This document shows positions 10,059-23,238 of a stretch of DNA of 56,117 bases, piece after piece. A program made the position numbers and the translations under genes. The notes under the pieces are model-generated. The model searched no databases. It had not been told where the DNA came from and saw only the letters and a program-made list of their open reading frames with translations. The stretch comes from a bacterium (GTDB lineage: Bacteria > CLD3 > SB21): NCBI GenBank assembly GCA_013360215.1, contig JABWCP010000021.1:1-56117 (forward strand). Reading direction: 5' to 3'. Numbering within the stretch: the first letter of the stretch is position 1; every line of letters begins with the position of its first letter.

Positions 10059-10922
10059 ATGAAAGAAATCCTGAAATCTTATCTGACACTGACCAAACCG
10101 ACGATTATGTTGCTGGTTGTTTTTACGGGCGCGACGGCATTAATCGTTGAAGGCAGTTTCTTACATGAGCCGGTGAAATTTATTCTCGTACTGGTGGGTT
10201 TGTATTTAACCGGCGGTTGCGCCAACGGACTGAATCAGTTTTTTGAACGCGATATTGATGCAAAAATGGAGCGTACCAAAAGCCGCCGCCCGTTGCCGGG
10301 CGGAATCCTGAGCCCGATGCACGCGCTGATTTTTTGCTCGATTATCGGTATCTCCGGCGTGATTCTCTTCGCCGTGGTTTTCAACTGGCTCACGGCCATC
10401 TTATCTTTAGCGACTATTTTATTTTACAGTTTCTTTTATACCCTTTATCTCAAGCCCAATACGTCACAGAATATCGTTATCGGCGGTGCGGCAGGGGCGA
10501 TGGCCCCGGTCGGTGCATGGGCCGCTGCGACCAATACAATGGCACCGGCGCCGTGGATCATGTTTCTGATCGTGTTTTTTTGGACGCCGCCGCATTTTTG
10601 GGCGTTGGCACTGTTTTGTAAAAACGATTATATCAAAGCCAAATTACCGATGATGCCCGTCGTCAAAGGCGATGACAGTACACTCCGTCAAATGTTTTAT
10701 TATTCTCTCGTGCTGGTAGTTACCACACTGGCTCTTATTTTCTTCAAATCCGGTTGGATTTATGCCGTTACGGCGATTATCCTCGGTTTCTTCTTTGTAA
10801 AAAAAGCGTACGACGCTATGAAATATAAAACTGAAAAAATCATTCGCGGTCTTTTTGGTTATTCCATTGTGTATCTTTTTGCGCTTTTTTTGGCCATGAT
10901 AGTGGACAGTCTCGTCGCTTAA
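10059..10922 (+). CDS. ctaB: Protoheme IX farnesyltransferase (heme o synthase)
   Basis: LTKP, ERDIDAKMERTKSRRPLPGG, NIVIGGAAGA, FWTPPHFWALA, DYIKAKLPMMPVVKG. Confidence 0.95.
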   Translation: MKEILKSYLTLTKPTIMLLVVFTGATALIVEGSFLHEPVKFILVLVGLYLTGGCANGLNQFFERDIDAKMERTKSRRPLPGGILSPMHALIFCSIIGISGVILFAVVFNWLTAILSLATILFYSFFYTLYLKPNTSQNIVIGGAAGAMAPVGAWAAATNTMAPAPWIMFLIVFFWTPPHFWALALFCKNDYIKAKLPMMPVVKGDDSTLRQMFYYSLVLVVTTLALIFFKSGWIYAVTAIILGFFFVKKAYDAMKYKTEKIIRGLFGYSIVYLFALFLAMIVDSLVA

Positions 10923-10976
10923 GTGACGAACAATCTAGGTAATTCTTTGCATTTGTAAAGAATTTGTAAAATTGGC

Positions 10977-11005
10977 TTGCAAGTTTAGACATGGCCGTCT
11001 AAATT
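10977..11005 (+). promoter_or_regulatory. Promoter of act operon with overlapping inverted repeat
   Basis: TTGCAA - 17 nt - TAAATT; TTTAGAC-N6-GTCTAAA (10984-11003) overlaps the spacer and -10. Confidence 0.55.
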
Positions 11006-11102
11006 GCTGTCCCGTGAACCTTAATTGATGTCCCCCGAGTTTGACTGTTAGAAGTTTTTAAGATTATCCACCGTTTAATTATTCATTAATGAGGAGACCT
11101 CA

Positions 11103-11759
11103 GTGGCTCAGATATTCCCAAAAAGGGCAAACAAGACTCCGATTTTAGCTGCCGCCGCTTTGGGATTTTTGGGTATGGCCGTGACCGGTTTTTTCTGGTA
11201 CTACGGTTCGCCTAAATTTACCGATGTAGGCTACAGGCCTGTACAACCTGTTCCGTACAGTCACAAATTGCATGCAGGTGATCTCGGCATGGACTGCCGG
11301 TATTGCCACGTAGGTGTTGAAACCGCCGCGGCTGCCATGGTGCCGCCGACGGCTACGTGTATGAACTGTCACAAACTTGTTCTGCCGCAAAGTGAAAAAC
11401 TTTTGCCCGTGCGAGAGAGTTTTGCCAACAATACGCCGATTCAATGGGTCAAAGTTCACAAGATCCCTGATTATGCGTACTTCAATCACAGCATTCACGT
11501 CAATCGCGGCGTGGGCTGCGAATCCTGTCACGGCAATATCGCGCAGGAAGAAGTGGTCCAGCAGCGTCAACCCCTCAGTATGAGCTGGTGTCTGGACTGC
11601 CATCGTAATCCCGATCAGCATCTCCGCGATCTTCAAAGCGGAGTCAAAGTAACGGATATGAATTGGACCCCGCCGGCCGATCAAGCCAAGTTTGCTGCAC
11701 GTATCAAACAAGAGAAAAAAATTGCACCCCCAGAAGATTGTTCAGGATGTCACCGATGA
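11103..11759 (+). CDS. actA: Alternative complex III pentaheme cytochrome c subunit
   Basis: MAQIF start, one TM helix, QPVPYSHKLHAG, five CxxCH motifs (CRYCH, CMNCH, CESCH, CLDCH, CSGCH). Confidence 0.95.
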   Translation: MAQIFPKRANKTPILAAAALGFLGMAVTGFFWYYGSPKFTDVGYRPVQPVPYSHKLHAGDLGMDCRYCHVGVETAAAAMVPPTATCMNCHKLVLPQSEKLLPVRESFANNTPIQWVKVHKIPDYAYFNHSIHVNRGVGCESCHGNIAQEEVVQQRQPLSMSWCLDCHRNPDQHLRDLQSGVKVTDMNWTPPADQAKFAARIKQEKKIAPPEDCSGCHR

Positions 11760-14700
11760 GCCAAAAGACTACACTTACACAAAACGGTAAAGAATACTGG
11801 CGCAGCCTGGATCAGCTCGCCGACACGCCCGAATTTAAAGAATTCGTGCAGCGTGAATTTCCGGAGCAAGCTTCGGAAATGAGTAATCCGGTTACGCGCC
11901 GTACTTTCTTAAGCCTCATGGGCGCTTCGATCGCCCTTGCCGGTCTCGCGGGTTGCCGCCGTCCGGTCGAAAAAATTATTCCTTATGTTATTAAACCCGA
12001 AGAGATCATTCCCGGCGTAGCTGAATATTTCGCCACGGTCATGCCTTTCGGTACCGGCGCCTACGGTGTTGTGGCCAAAAGCCATGAAGGGCGTCCGACC
12101 AAGGTCGAAGGTAATGAAAAACATCCTTCGTCCCTCGGCGCGACCAATGCCTATGCTACGGCTTCCGTACTCAATCTCTATGATCCCGACCGTTCAGCAT
12201 ATGTGCTGAATAAAGGCAATCAGAAATTATGGAATGATTTCGTAGCCGCATGGCGTGAACTTTTTGCGAAGTACACGGCCAATAAGGGCGAAGGTCTCGC
12301 GATCGTATCCGAATCGTTTGCCTCGCCGACGATGGCGCGCTTGCAGGCCGAATTTACGAAGGCATTTCCTAAAGCGACCTGGACTTCTTACGAAGCCGTC
12401 AGCGATGAAAATATCTATGCCGGTATTGAAGGTGTTACAGGTAACAAACTCCAACCGGTGTACAATTACGGTAAGGCCGGTGTGATTCTTTCGCTGGATG
12501 CCGACTTCCTGCATATGGAATCGGATAATATCACCGCATCACGGGGATTTGCCGATGGCCGTCGCATGAAAGACGAAAACGATACGATGAATCGTTTGTA
12601 TGTCGTCGAAAGCATGTTTACCCTCACGGGTGGTATGGCGGATCATCGTCTGCGTCTTCAGAGCCGTCAGATCGGTGCTTTCACCGTTGCATTAGCTAAA
12701 GCTTTGGGCGTAGATACTATGGGTATCAATGCCGACACTTCCGTATTGGATGAAAAAGCCAATGCGTGGATTGCTGCGGTCGCTAAAGATCTGACAAATA
12801 ATAAATCGAAGTCGCTTATTGTCGCAGGTCGTCGTCAGCCGGCTGCCGTGCATGCCCTGGTTTTCGCGATCAATAGTGCACTGGGCAATGTCGGAACGAC
12901 CGTGCAGTATCATGCTGCAAAAGATATGATGATGTCAAACCGTTCCGGTTTAGCCGAACTGACCAAATCCTTGAGCGATGGCAAAGTATCCACCCTCGTC
13001 ATGTTGGGCGGTAATCCGGTGTACAATGCTCCGGCCGATCTCAAGTTTGCGGAGGCGATGAAAAAAGCAGAGCATACCATTCACTTCAACGGCTACGTGG
13101 ATGAAACCGGTTCCAACGGTGTCGAATGGCATATCCCCGCAAGCCACTTCCTCGAAGCATGGGGTGATGTGCGTTCTGCTAACGGTACGGTCAGCGCGAT
13201 TCAGCCTTTGATTGATCCGTTGTATGCAACACATTCTGACATTGAAGTGTTATACTTACTTACCACGGGTAAAGAAGCGCGCGGGTATGATATCGTACGC
13301 GAAACATGGAAAACACTCTTTGCCAAAGGCTTGGATTTTGAGAAAGCATGGCGTTTGGCATTGCATGATGGCGTTGTCGGTGATACGGCTACGGCCCCTG
13401 TAACCGTCAAAATGGACGCTAAAGCCGCGAGCGCATTTGTTGCAAAAAATGCGTTGCCGTCAGGATCTGCGGATGCCAATAACTTAGAAATCGTTTTCTA
13501 TGCATCGTCCGCTACTTTCGACGGTCGTTTTGCTAACAACGGTTGGCTGCAAGAATTGCCGGATCCGGTGACGAAAATCACGTGGGATAATGCGGCCATC
13601 ATGAGCCACAAAACAGCAGAAGCGCTCAAAGTCAAAAATATTCTCGGCGAAGGTAAAAATCACCAGCCGATGATTCGATTGAAATATCAAGGGCAGACGT
13701 TGGAACTTCCCGTATGGGTTCAACCCGGTCATGCGGATTATTCTATCGCTGTCGCTTTAGGATACGGACGCCAATCGGCCGGCCGCGTAGGTAATGGCGT
13801 AGGCGCCGATACGTATGCACTGCGCACATCCGCCGCCATGGATTTTGATCTCGGCTTGACAGCGGAGAAACTGTCCAAAACGTATTTGATCGCAACCGTG
13901 CAGGATCACGGTGGATTTGATACGGACGCGCTTGCTGATAATGAAATTCAACGTCGTATCCCGACCATTATCCGGGAAGCGACGATCGAAGAGTACAAAA
14001 AAGATCCGAATTTTATTACCAGCGGTCGTACGCCCGGTGAAAAAGAATTGTACGGAAAAGACGGCAAGCCGATTTCGATCATGAATATGCACGAATATGG
14101 CCCGGAACGATTTGAAAAAGGCGAGTGGAATAAAAAATATCAATGGGGTATGTCCATTGACCTCAATGCCTGCACGGGTTGTAACGCGTGTATGATCGCT
14201 TGCCAAAGCGAAAACAATATTCCCGTTGTCGGTAAGGAAGAAGTGGCCAAGGGCCGCGAAATGCACTGGATTCGATTGGATCGTTACTATATCGGTAAAG
14301 ATGTGAACGAACCGGAAATGCAGTTCCAGCCGATCGCTTGCCAGCACTGCGAAACCGCGCCGTGCGAACAGGTATGCCCTGTCGCTGCGACAGTACACGA
14401 TAGCGAAGGTCTCAACGTAATGGTGTACAACCGTTGTGTCGGAACCCGATATTGCGCCAATAACTGTCCCTACAAAGTACGTCGTTTCAATTTCCTCGAA
14501 TTTCATGCCGGTACGTCCGGATTTATGGAATCGAAACCGATCGAATCCCTCAAATTGGGCAAAAACCCCGATGTGACGGTGCGTATGCGCGGTGTGATGG
14601 AAAAATGTACGTATTGCGTGCAGCGTATCAGCGGTGCCCGTATCGCGGCGAAGAAAGAAGACCGCGATATCCGCGACGGCGAAGTCGTTACGGCATGCCA

Positions 14701-14881
14701 GCAAAGCTGCCCGACGGGAGCCATCGTTTTTGGCAATATCAACGATCCCGAAAGCAAGGTGTCTAAGATGAAAGCCATGAACCGCAAATATGAAGTGTTG
14801 GCCGAACTCAATGTTCGTCCGCGCACGAGCTTCCTGGCGAAGCTGAAAAATCCGAATCCGGAATTAACAAAAAACGCTTAA
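11756..14881 (+). CDS. actB: Alternative complex III molybdopterin-oxidoreductase-like / Fe-S subunit
   Basis: ATG overlaps actA stop; YWRSL, Tat-like [26 protein letters not shown]-terminal Fe-S motifs [43 protein letters not shown]. Confidence 0.95.
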   Translation: MSQKTTLTQNGKEYWRSLDQLADTPEFKEFVQREFPEQASEMSNPVTRRTFLSLMGASIALAGLAGCRRPVEKIIPYVIKPEEIIPGVAEYFATVMPFGTGAYGVVAKSHEGRPTKVEGNEKHPSSLGATNAYATASVLNLYDPDRSAYVLNKGNQKLWNDFVAAWRELFAKYTANKGEGLAIVSESFASPTMARLQAEFTKAFPKATWTSYEAVSDENIYAGIEGVTGNKLQPVYNYGKAGVILSLDADFLHMESDNITASRGFADGRRMKDENDTMNRLYVVESMFTLTGGMADHRLRLQSRQIGAFTVALAKALGVDTMGINADTSVLDEKANAWIAAVAKDLTNNKSKSLIVAGRRQPAAVHALVFAINSALGNVGTTVQYHAAKDMMMSNRSGLAELTKSLSDGKVSTLVMLGGNPVYNAPADLKFAEAMKKAEHTIHFNGYVDETGSNGVEWHIPASHFLEAWGDVRSANGTVSAIQPLIDPLYATHSDIEVLYLLTTGKEARGYDIVRETWKTLFAKGLDFEKAWRLALHDGVVGDTATAPVTVKMDAKAASAFVAKNALPSGSADANNLEIVFYASSATFDGRFANNGWLQELPDPVTKITWDNAAIMSHKTAEALKVKNILGEGKNHQPMIRLKYQGQTLELPVWVQPGHADYSIAVALGYGRQSAGRVGNGVGADTYALRTSAAMDFDLGLTAEKLSKTYLIATVQDHGGFDTDALADNEIQRRIPTIIREATIEEYKKDPNFITSGRTPGEKELYGKDGKPISIMNMHEYGPERFEKGEWNKKYQWGMSIDLNACTGCNACMIACQSENNIPVVGKEEVAKGREMHWIRLDRYYIGKDVNEPEMQFQPIACQHCETAPCEQVCPVAATVHDSEGLNVMVYNRCVGTRYCANNCPYKVRRFNFLEFHAGTSGFMESKPIESLKLGKNPDVTVRMRGVMEKCTYCVQRISGARIAAKKEDRDIRDGEVVTACQQSCPTGAIVFGNINDPESKVSKMKAMNRKYEVLAELNVRPRTSFLAKLKNPNPELTKNA

Positions 14882-14900
14882 CTATAAAACGAGTACCGCT

Positions 14901-16280
<1,380 letters not shown>

Positions 16281-16293
16281 TCGGGATACGAAT

Positions 16294-16845
16294 ATGAGTG
16301 CATCAAAAGAAAAACAAACAGATGAAGTCGCAATCGTTTTGGCCGAATTTGACGGCCCGGCGACATTGATCGAAGCTGCCAAAAAAATGCGGGACGCCGG
16401 ATATAAAGCGTTTGACTGCCATTCACCGTTCCCGGTGCACGGCATGGATCAGGCGATGGGTTTAGCGCGTTCCCCTTTGGCTAAAATATGTTTCGTCATC
16501 GCGATGAGCGCCGTACTCGGTATGGCGTACTTCACATATTGGCTCAGCTTTGATTACAAATTGGTTATTTCCGGCAAACCGCTATTCAGCTATGTTGCGT
16601 ACGTCCCTCCGGTATATGCGGTCGGCATTTTGACATGCGCATTGACGGCGGTAGTCGGCATGATGGTACTCAATGGTCTTCCGCAGCCGTACCATCCGCT
16701 GTTTAATTCGGATAATTTTGCTCGCGTTACGCAAGATGGGTTCTTTGTAAGCGTGGAATCCACCGATCCGCAGTATGACGAGGCCAAAGTCAAATCCCTT
16801 CTGGCGTCGCTTGGCGGCACCAATGTGGAAGTTGTCAAAGGATAA
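16294..16845 (+). CDS. actD: Alternative complex III subunit (DUF3341)
   Basis: AEFD, DCHSPFPVHGMD, SGKPLFS, LPQPYHPLF; position after actC. Confidence 0.92.
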   Translation: MSASKEKQTDEVAIVLAEFDGPATLIEAAKKMRDAGYKAFDCHSPFPVHGMDQAMGLARSPLAKICFVIAMSAVLGMAYFTYWLSFDYKLVISGKPLFSYVAYVPPVYAVGILTCALTAVVGMMVLNGLPQPYHPLFNSDNFARVTQDGFFVSVESTDPQYDEAKVKSLLASLGGTNVEVVKG

Positions 16846-16870
16846 TTCAAACATCTTAACTATAGTGTCT

Positions 16871-17479
16871 ATGAAATCTTCAAAAATTTGGTCCACGACG
16901 GTGATTGTAGCGGTGATGGCGCTGAGTGCTTGCCAGGGTCGTCCCTCGGAAGAACCGCCTATTCACTTGAACCCCAACATGGACAGTCAGCCTAAATACA
17001 AGGCGCAGTCTAAGAGTGATTTTTTTGCCGACGGCATGTCTATGCGTACGCCGCCGGAAGGAACGGTCGCTCGCGGGCAACTGCGTGAAGACGCCGCTTA
17101 CTATATGGGGCGCGACGAAAAAGGAAACCTTGTCAAAGAAAATCCGGTGCCGGTGACGATGGCGTTGCTTCATCGCGGTCAAGAACGTTTTAATATTTAT
17201 TGTTCGCCGTGTCATGGTCAGACCGGATTGGGCAACGGGATCGTCGTACAGCGGGGTATGTTACCGCCGCCTAATTTTCACGATGAACGGTTACTCAAAG
17301 TCGAAGACGGTCATTTTTTTGATGTCATGACCAACGGTATCCGTAACATGTCTTCCTACAAAAGCCAAGTACCGGTAGCGGATCGCTGGGCTATCACGGC
17401 CTATATCCGTGCCCTCCAGCGTACGCATACGGCGTCTCTGGAAGATGTTCCACAAGAAAAACGTAAGGACTTGAAGTAA
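16871..17479 (+). CDS. actE: Alternative complex III monoheme cytochrome c lipoprotein
   Basis: Lipobox LSAC, MDSQPKYKAQ, PPEGTVARG, CSPCH heme motif, DRWAITAYIRALQ. Confidence 0.93.
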   Translation: MKSSKIWSTTVIVAVMALSACQGRPSEEPPIHLNPNMDSQPKYKAQSKSDFFADGMSMRTPPEGTVARGQLREDAAYYMGRDEKGNLVKENPVPVTMALLHRGQERFNIYCSPCHGQTGLGNGIVVQRGMLPPPNFHDERLLKVEDGHFFDVMTNGIRNMSSYKSQVPVADRWAITAYIRALQRTHTASLEDVPQEKRKDLK

Positions 17480-17483
17480 ACTT

Positions 17484-18677
17484 ATGAAACTGAATACTGA
17501 AACCTTTCGTCTGGAAGACGCCGGTTCATTCGGTAAAAAAGCGCTTATGGCCGGTATTGTCGGTCTTTTGATCAGCGTTGCCGGATATTTTGTGAATGCC
17601 GATCAATTCTGGCGTTCCTACCTCACGGCTTTTACTTTCTGGGCATCCATCGGTCTTGGCGGCATGTTCTTCGTATTGGTCAAGCATTTGGCCGGTGCGG
17701 AGTGGAGTGTGGTGTTAAGGCGCCTGGCCGAAAACTTCATGATCACTTTGCCGATCATGTTTGTATTTTTTCTCCCCATTTTATTCGGCAGTCATCATTT
17801 GTATGAATGGACACATACCGAAGTGGTCGCTAAAGATCCGATTCTGAGTGCCAAATCCGGTTATTTGAATATGACGTTTTTTACGATCCGTACGGTGCTG
17901 TATTTTGCAATATGGACGATTTTTGGCCGTATGCTCTACAAGATGTCAATCGGACAGGATGGCGGCGATCAATCAAAAAATAACCGCATGCGCCAACTCA
18001 GCGCGCCCGGTATGATATTGTTTGCCTTCTCGATTACGTATGCATCATTTGACTGGATCATGTCATTGCAACCGCATTGGTTTTCAACGATTTTTGGCGT
18101 GTGGTATTTTGCCGGCAGCTTGCTCAATTTTCTTGCCATGCTGGTATTGATCGCCATTTATCTGCGCAAACGTGGTGTGCTTGATAATGTGATTTCGATA
18201 GATCACTTCCACGATCTCGGAAAACTTCAATTCGCTTTTACTATTTTCTGGGCTTACATCGCATTTTCTCAGTTTTTCCTGATTTGGTATGCCAATGTAC
18301 CTGAAGAAACGATTTTCTTCCTCAAGCGTTGGGAAGGCTCCTGGATGTACGTCAGTATCGGATTACTGGTTTGCCACTTGATGATTCCATTCATTTTACT
18401 CATTCCGCGTGCGAATAAACGCAATCTTACGATTATGAAGTTTGTTGCGATTTGGTTTTTATTTATGCACTGGGTGGATCTGTATTGGAATATTTTCCCG
18501 ACGTGGCATGATGCCCATCACGGTGTAGTAATGTCCGGTTTATGGGTAGATGCGGCGACAATTTTGGGTATCGGCGGTATATTCCTTTGGTACTTTTGGA
18601 TGCTGCTGGGCAAACAAGCATTAGCCGCTCACAAAGATCCGAGTTTCGAAAAATCTATGCATCACGTTAATCTTTAA
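17484..18677 (+). CDS. actF: Alternative complex III membrane subunit
   Basis: WSVVLRR, LYEW, DWIMSLQPHWFSTIFG, HDLGKL, SQFFLIWYANVPEET. Confidence 0.93.
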   Translation: MKLNTETFRLEDAGSFGKKALMAGIVGLLISVAGYFVNADQFWRSYLTAFTFWASIGLGGMFFVLVKHLAGAEWSVVLRRLAENFMITLPIMFVFFLPILFGSHHLYEWTHTEVVAKDPILSAKSGYLNMTFFTIRTVLYFAIWTIFGRMLYKMSIGQDGGDQSKNNRMRQLSAPGMILFAFSITYASFDWIMSLQPHWFSTIFGVWYFAGSLLNFLAMLVLIAIYLRKRGVLDNVISIDHFHDLGKLQFAFTIFWAYIAFSQFFLIWYANVPEETIFFLKRWEGSWMYVSIGLLVCHLMIPFILLIPRANKRNLTIMKFVAIWFLFMHWVDLYWNIFPTWHDAHHGVVMSGLWVDAATILGIGGIFLWYFWMLLGKQALAAHKDPSFEKSMHHVNL

Positions 18678-18693
18678 TCTGAGGATACGGGCG

Positions 18694-19059
18694 ATGAGTG
18701 AAAATACACAAGAACAAATCCATCCCGAAGATGGCTATGAGAAGTCCGATGTCAATGCGCGTGCTATTTTGGTATCTACATTGGTCGGCATCATTTTGAT
18801 CGTCGCGTCGCTGGTGCTGGTTGATGAATATTTTATTCAAGGACGCGAACAGTTTTATACCGAAGCGGTTCTCAAACCGGAATCGGCTCCTCTGCGTGAC
18901 CTACGTACCAAAGAAGCGGAATTTCTCAACGGATATGCAGTGATTGATGCCAAAAAAGGTGTTTATCAAATACCGATAACCGTCGCAATGGAACGTTTGG
19001 CCGCGGAAGCTTTCGAGAAAACGCAGACCAAAAAAGACGGTAAAACTTCCAAAAAATAA
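18694..19059 (+). CDS. ActG-like small single-TM subunit
   Basis: GYEKSDVN, one TM helix, Y..ID..KGVYQIPI..AME; position between actF and SCO. Confidence 0.7.
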   Translation: MSENTQEQIHPEDGYEKSDVNARAILVSTLVGIILIVASLVLVDEYFIQGREQFYTEAVLKPESAPLRDLRTKEAEFLNGYAVIDAKKGVYQIPITVAMERLAAEAFEKTQTKKDGKTSKK

Positions 19060-19081
19060 AGTCTGATCTGAAAGAATTTTC

Positions 19082-19900
19082 ATGCGATTACGATCGCTAC
19101 TTTGTATAACTGTTCTTTTACAATATGTATGTTCTACGCTGGACGCGCAGGTGATTCTGGAAAAGAATCAGGATCCCGAATTGCAAAAAATAGATGTGAT
19201 CGAACATCTGGGGGATACCGTCCCGATGAATTTGCAATTTAAAGATGAGCACGGAACGATAGTGCAATTGTCGGACTACTTCGAAAAAGGTAAACCGATC
19301 GTTCTTACGATGGCTTATTATCGCTGTCCGATGTTATGTACGATGGTGCTCAACGCGAAAGCCGAGGCCGTCAAACAATTAGCATGGTTACCCGGGCGTG
19401 AATTTCAAATGCTAACCGTAAGCATAGATCCCAATGAAACACCGGTACTGGCGTCGAATAAAAAAGACACCTACCTGAAGTTTCTTGATAAGCCCGGCAT
19501 TCAGGATGGCTGGCATTTTTTGGTCGGCGATTCGTCGCAGTCCAAAGCATTGGCGGATGCACTGGGGTTCAAATATTTTTACGATGAAAATCGGAAAGAA
19601 TATGCACATCCGGCGGTAGTCTTTGTGATCACCGAAAAAGGCATAGTTTCCCGTTATTTGTATGGGATACGATTCGCTGAGCGCGATATGCGATTGGCGC
19701 TGATGGAAGCGTCCGAAGGAAAAATAGGAAGTACGATTGACCGCATCATCATGTACTGTTTCCATTATGACCCAAATGCCAAAGGTTATGTGGTCATGGC
19801 AACAAATGTGATGAAGTTAGGCGGGTTGGTCACGCTGGTCGTGTTGGGTGTTTTTTTAACGGTGATGTGGCGTCGCGATAAAACACGAAGTATTCAATAA
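19082..19900 (+). CDS. SCO1/SenC family copper chaperone
   Basis: YYRCPMLC, SIDP, YAHPA, YCFHYDP, C-terminal TM helix. Confidence 0.92.
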   Translation: MRLRSLLCITVLLQYVCSTLDAQVILEKNQDPELQKIDVIEHLGDTVPMNLQFKDEHGTIVQLSDYFEKGKPIVLTMAYYRCPMLCTMVLNAKAEAVKQLAWLPGREFQMLTVSIDPNETPVLASNKKDTYLKFLDKPGIQDGWHFLVGDSSQSKALADALGFKYFYDENRKEYAHPAVVFVITEKGIVSRYLYGIRFAERDMRLALMEASEGKIGSTIDRIIMYCFHYDPNAKGYVVMATNVMKLGGLVTLVVLGVFLTVMWRRDKTRSIQ

Positions 19901-19939
19901 ATTTTAATATAAATCCTATAATTAAAGGAAAACGATCGT

Positions 19940-20869
19940 ATGAATGATTTTTGGATGCCACCCGCGCATTCGACGGTTGCGCATGAGATTGACAGTCTCT
20001 TCTATTTCATTTATTACTGTTCTGTCTTTTTCTTTGTGGCTGTCGTCGGCGCGATGACTTACTTTGCGTTTAAATACAAACGTAAAGCGCATGAAATGAC
20101 CGAACCTGCAGCGCATAATAATACGCTGGAAATCACGTGGACCGTGATTCCGACGATTTTGTGCCTCGTGGTTTTCGTGTTGGGTTTTCGCGGCTACATG
20201 AAGATGAATGTGGTTCCGAAGGATGCGCTTGAAATCAAAGCGACCGGACAAAAATGGTTTTGGTCTTTTGATTATCCTTCCGGTGCTACGACGGTAAACG
20301 ACATTGTCATCCCGGTCGGAAAACCGGTCAAACTTCTGATGTCCTCCAAAGATGTAATCCATAGTTTTTATGTTGCAGAATTTCGTACCAAACGCGACGT
20401 ATTGCCCAACCGCTATTCCATCATATGGTTTGAAGCGACGCAAGCCGATACATTCTTGATTCAGTGTACCGAATATTGCGGTACGAGCCATTCGGAAATG
20501 ATTGGCAAAGTAATTGCGGTAAGTGAAACAGATTACAATAAATGGCTCGAAGCCAATAGCAATCCGGGCGAAGGCTTGACTCCCGAAGCCTACGGTGAAA
20601 AACTGTATACAACCAAAGCATGTATTACATGCCATAGCTTGGACGGTAAACCCGGTTCAGGTCCCAGTTGGAAAGCGATCTTTGGTAAACCCGAAAAAAT
20701 GACCGACGGCTCGAGCGTGACGGTTGATGAAAATTATTTGCGTGAATCCATACTAAACCCGCAAGCCAAAATCGTGGCCGGTTATCAACCGGTGATGCCG
20801 ACGTACCAAGGCATTCTGAAAGACCGTGAGATTGACGCGATCATCGCTTATATCAAAACTCTTAAATAG
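19940..20869 (+). CDS. coxB: Cytochrome c oxidase subunit II with fused cytochrome c (caa3 type)
   Basis: LEITWTVIP, DVIHSF, CuA motif CTEYCGTSHSEM, C-terminal CITCH heme c. Confidence 0.96.
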   Translation: MNDFWMPPAHSTVAHEIDSLFYFIYYCSVFFFVAVVGAMTYFAFKYKRKAHEMTEPAAHNNTLEITWTVIPTILCLVVFVLGFRGYMKMNVVPKDALEIKATGQKWFWSFDYPSGATTVNDIVIPVGKPVKLLMSSKDVIHSFYVAEFRTKRDVLPNRYSIIWFEATQADTFLIQCTEYCGTSHSEMIGKVIAVSETDYNKWLEANSNPGEGLTPEAYGEKLYTTKACITCHSLDGKPGSGPSWKAIFGKPEKMTDGSSVTVDENYLRESILNPQAKIVAGYQPVMPTYQGILKDREIDAIIAYIKTLK

Positions 20870-20881
20870 AAGGTAATTAAT

Positions 20882-22555
20882 ATGTCTGCGACAGTGACGG
20901 AAAAAAATGTGAGTTCAGCGTCTACAGGGATGCCTGAGCATCACTTTTTAAACAGCCCGAAAGGGTTGAAGTCTTGGTTGTTGACGCTGGATCACAAGCG
21001 CATCGGGGTGATGTACCTTTTTGGTATCATGACGATGTTCTTTATCGGCGGTGTATTCGCATTGCTTGTACGCCTCGAACTGATGAGTCCGGGCGAAGAC
21101 ATCATGGGCAAAGACGCTTACAATAAAATGTTTACACTGCACGGTGCCGTGATGGTGTTTCTTTTTATCGTGCCGTCAATTCCCGCAATTATCGGTAATA
21201 TCATTCTGCCGTTGCAGATTGGTGCAAAAGACGTAGCGTTCCCGCGTCTCAATTTAGCAAGTTGGTACGTATATCTTGCCGGTTCGATGTTTGCTATTTA
21301 TTCGATGATTACCGGCGGCGTGGATACAGGTTGGACATTTTATACACCGTATAGCAATACCAGTAATACGTCTGTTATTTCTATGACGACCGCCGTATTG
21401 ATCCTTGGTTTCTCGTCCATTTTTACCGGTCTTAATTTTATCGTCACGGTACACAAACTGCGTGCGCCGGGCATGACATGGTTCAAAATGCCTTTGATGG
21501 TATGGGGTATTTATGCGACGGCATTGATTCAGGTATTGGCTACGCCGGTGCTTGCGATCACGGTCGTTCTCCTCATGTTGGAAAAAATGTGGCATATCGG
21601 TATTTTTGATCCGGCTATGGGCGGTGATCCGGTGTTATTTCAGCACTTCTTCTGGTTCTATTCGCATCCTGCCGTATACATTATGATCTTGCCGGGTATG
21701 GCGATCATTTCGGAACTGGTGGCTGCGTTCTCGCATAAAAACATGTTCGGTTATCGTTTCGTAGCGTTTTCGTCATTGGCGATAGCGCTGTTGTCTTTCC
21801 TCGTATGGGGACACCACATGTTTGTCAGCGGGCAATCGGAATTGTCGGCCGTGATTTTCTCGTTCCTTACGTTCTTCGTCGGTGTGCCGTCGGGTATTAA
21901 GATATTCAATTGGCTTACGACGATGTATAAAGGCTCAATCAGTTTTTCAGCGCCGATGCTGTGGACATTTTCATTTTTATTCTTATTTACGATCGGCGGC
22001 CTTACCGGTATTTTCTTGGGAACGCTGTCTGTGGATATCCATTTACATGATACGTACTTCGTCGTGGCGCACTTTCACTACGTGATGATGGGCGGTACGG
22101 TGATGGCGCTGATGGGCGGCTTGCACTACTGGTGGCCCAAAATCTGGGGTCGCATGTACAATGAATTCTGGGCACGCATTTCCGTATTGTTGGTTTTCAT
22201 CGGCTTCAATTTGACCTTCTTTACTCAATTTGTTATGGGTTCCCGCGGTATGCCGCGTCGTTACTGGACATACCAAGATCAATTCACTTCGTTGCACGGT
22301 TTTTCGTCCATCGGTGCGTTTGTGATCGGAGCAGGATTTTTGATCATGGCGTTTTATTTAATTCACTCCATATTCAAAGGCAAACCGTCGGGTAATAATC
22401 CTTGGGGCGCTCTGACATTGGAATGGACCACGAGTTCACCGCCGCCGCATCATAATTTTGATCAGACGCCGATCGCTGTCAATGGCCCGTACGACTATGA
22501 CAAGGTCAAGGCGGAAATCACATATGAACCGAATATCCCAAAAGCGAAAGTATAA
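20882..22555 (+). CDS. coxA: Cytochrome c oxidase subunit I, type A2
   Basis: [31 protein letters not shown] (YS motif), [25 protein letters not shown]. Confidence 0.97.
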   Translation: MSATVTEKNVSSASTGMPEHHFLNSPKGLKSWLLTLDHKRIGVMYLFGIMTMFFIGGVFALLVRLELMSPGEDIMGKDAYNKMFTLHGAVMVFLFIVPSIPAIIGNIILPLQIGAKDVAFPRLNLASWYVYLAGSMFAIYSMITGGVDTGWTFYTPYSNTSNTSVISMTTAVLILGFSSIFTGLNFIVTVHKLRAPGMTWFKMPLMVWGIYATALIQVLATPVLAITVVLLMLEKMWHIGIFDPAMGGDPVLFQHFFWFYSHPAVYIMILPGMAIISELVAAFSHKNMFGYRFVAFSSLAIALLSFLVWGHHMFVSGQSELSAVIFSFLTFFVGVPSGIKIFNWLTTMYKGSISFSAPMLWTFSFLFLFTIGGLTGIFLGTLSVDIHLHDTYFVVAHFHYVMMGGTVMALMGGLHYWWPKIWGRMYNEFWARISVLLVFIGFNLTFFTQFVMGSRGMPRRYWTYQDQFTSLHGFSSIGAFVIGAGFLIMAFYLIHSIFKGKPSGNNPWGALTLEWTTSSPPPHHNFDQTPIAVNGPYDYDKVKAEITYEPNIPKAKV

Positions 22556-22580
22556 TTTTTTTTAACGATAACAGGTAACT

Positions 22581-23234
22581 ATGTCAAGTCAACATTCAGC
22601 CGCTCATCCGGCGCATCTGGCGCATCACTTTAGTGATGTGGAGCAGCAAAAGGAATCCGCCAAACTCGGCATGTGGTTCTTTCTGCTGACGGAAGTTTTG
22701 ACCTTCGGAGGCCTTTTTTGTGCGTACGCGATTTATCGCGCATGGTATCCGGAAATGTTTTCTATTGCTCATCAGCAGCTCAATGTCACGATGGGCACGA
22801 TCAATACGATCGTTCTGATCACGAGTTCTCTCACGATGGCGTTGGCCATTCGCAATATGCAACTCAATGACAAAAAAGGTACGATCACCATGCTTCTGCT
22901 GACATTTTTGTTCGCAGGAACATTTATGGTGATCAAGTACTTTGAGTACACGCATAAAATTCACCTCGGCCAATTACCCGGAAAGTTTTATACGTTTGAC
23001 GGTATCAATGCATCCAATCCGCATATTTTCTTCAGCATTTATTTTGCGATGACCGGGTTGCACGGTATTCACGTAATGATTGGTATGATTTTGATTGCCT
23101 GGCTTATGTATAAAACCAGTAAAGGTGCGTTTTCATCGGAATATTACACGCCGATCGAAATGACGGGTCTTTTCTGGCACCTTGTGGATTTGATTTGGAT
23201 TTTCCTTTTCCCACTCTTTTATTTGATAGGATGA
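22581..23234 (+). CDS. coxC: Cytochrome c oxidase subunit III
   Basis: LGMWFFLLTE, NTIVLITSS, MTGLHGIHV, FWHLVDLIWIFLFPLFYL. Confidence 0.95.
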   Translation: MSSQHSAAHPAHLAHHFSDVEQQKESAKLGMWFFLLTEVLTFGGLFCAYAIYRAWYPEMFSIAHQQLNVTMGTINTIVLITSSLTMALAIRNMQLNDKKGTITMLLLTFLFAGTFMVIKYFEYTHKIHLGQLPGKFYTFDGINASNPHIFFSIYFAMTGLHGIHVMIGMILIAWLMYKTSKGAFSSEYYTPIEMTGLFWHLVDLIWIFLFPLFYLIG

Positions 23235-23238
23235 GGTC

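Noticed and set aside
11756..14881. Active molybdoenzyme or polysulfide/nitrite reductase
   Set aside because: Gene order and motifs match ActB of alternative complex III, which binds no molybdopterin
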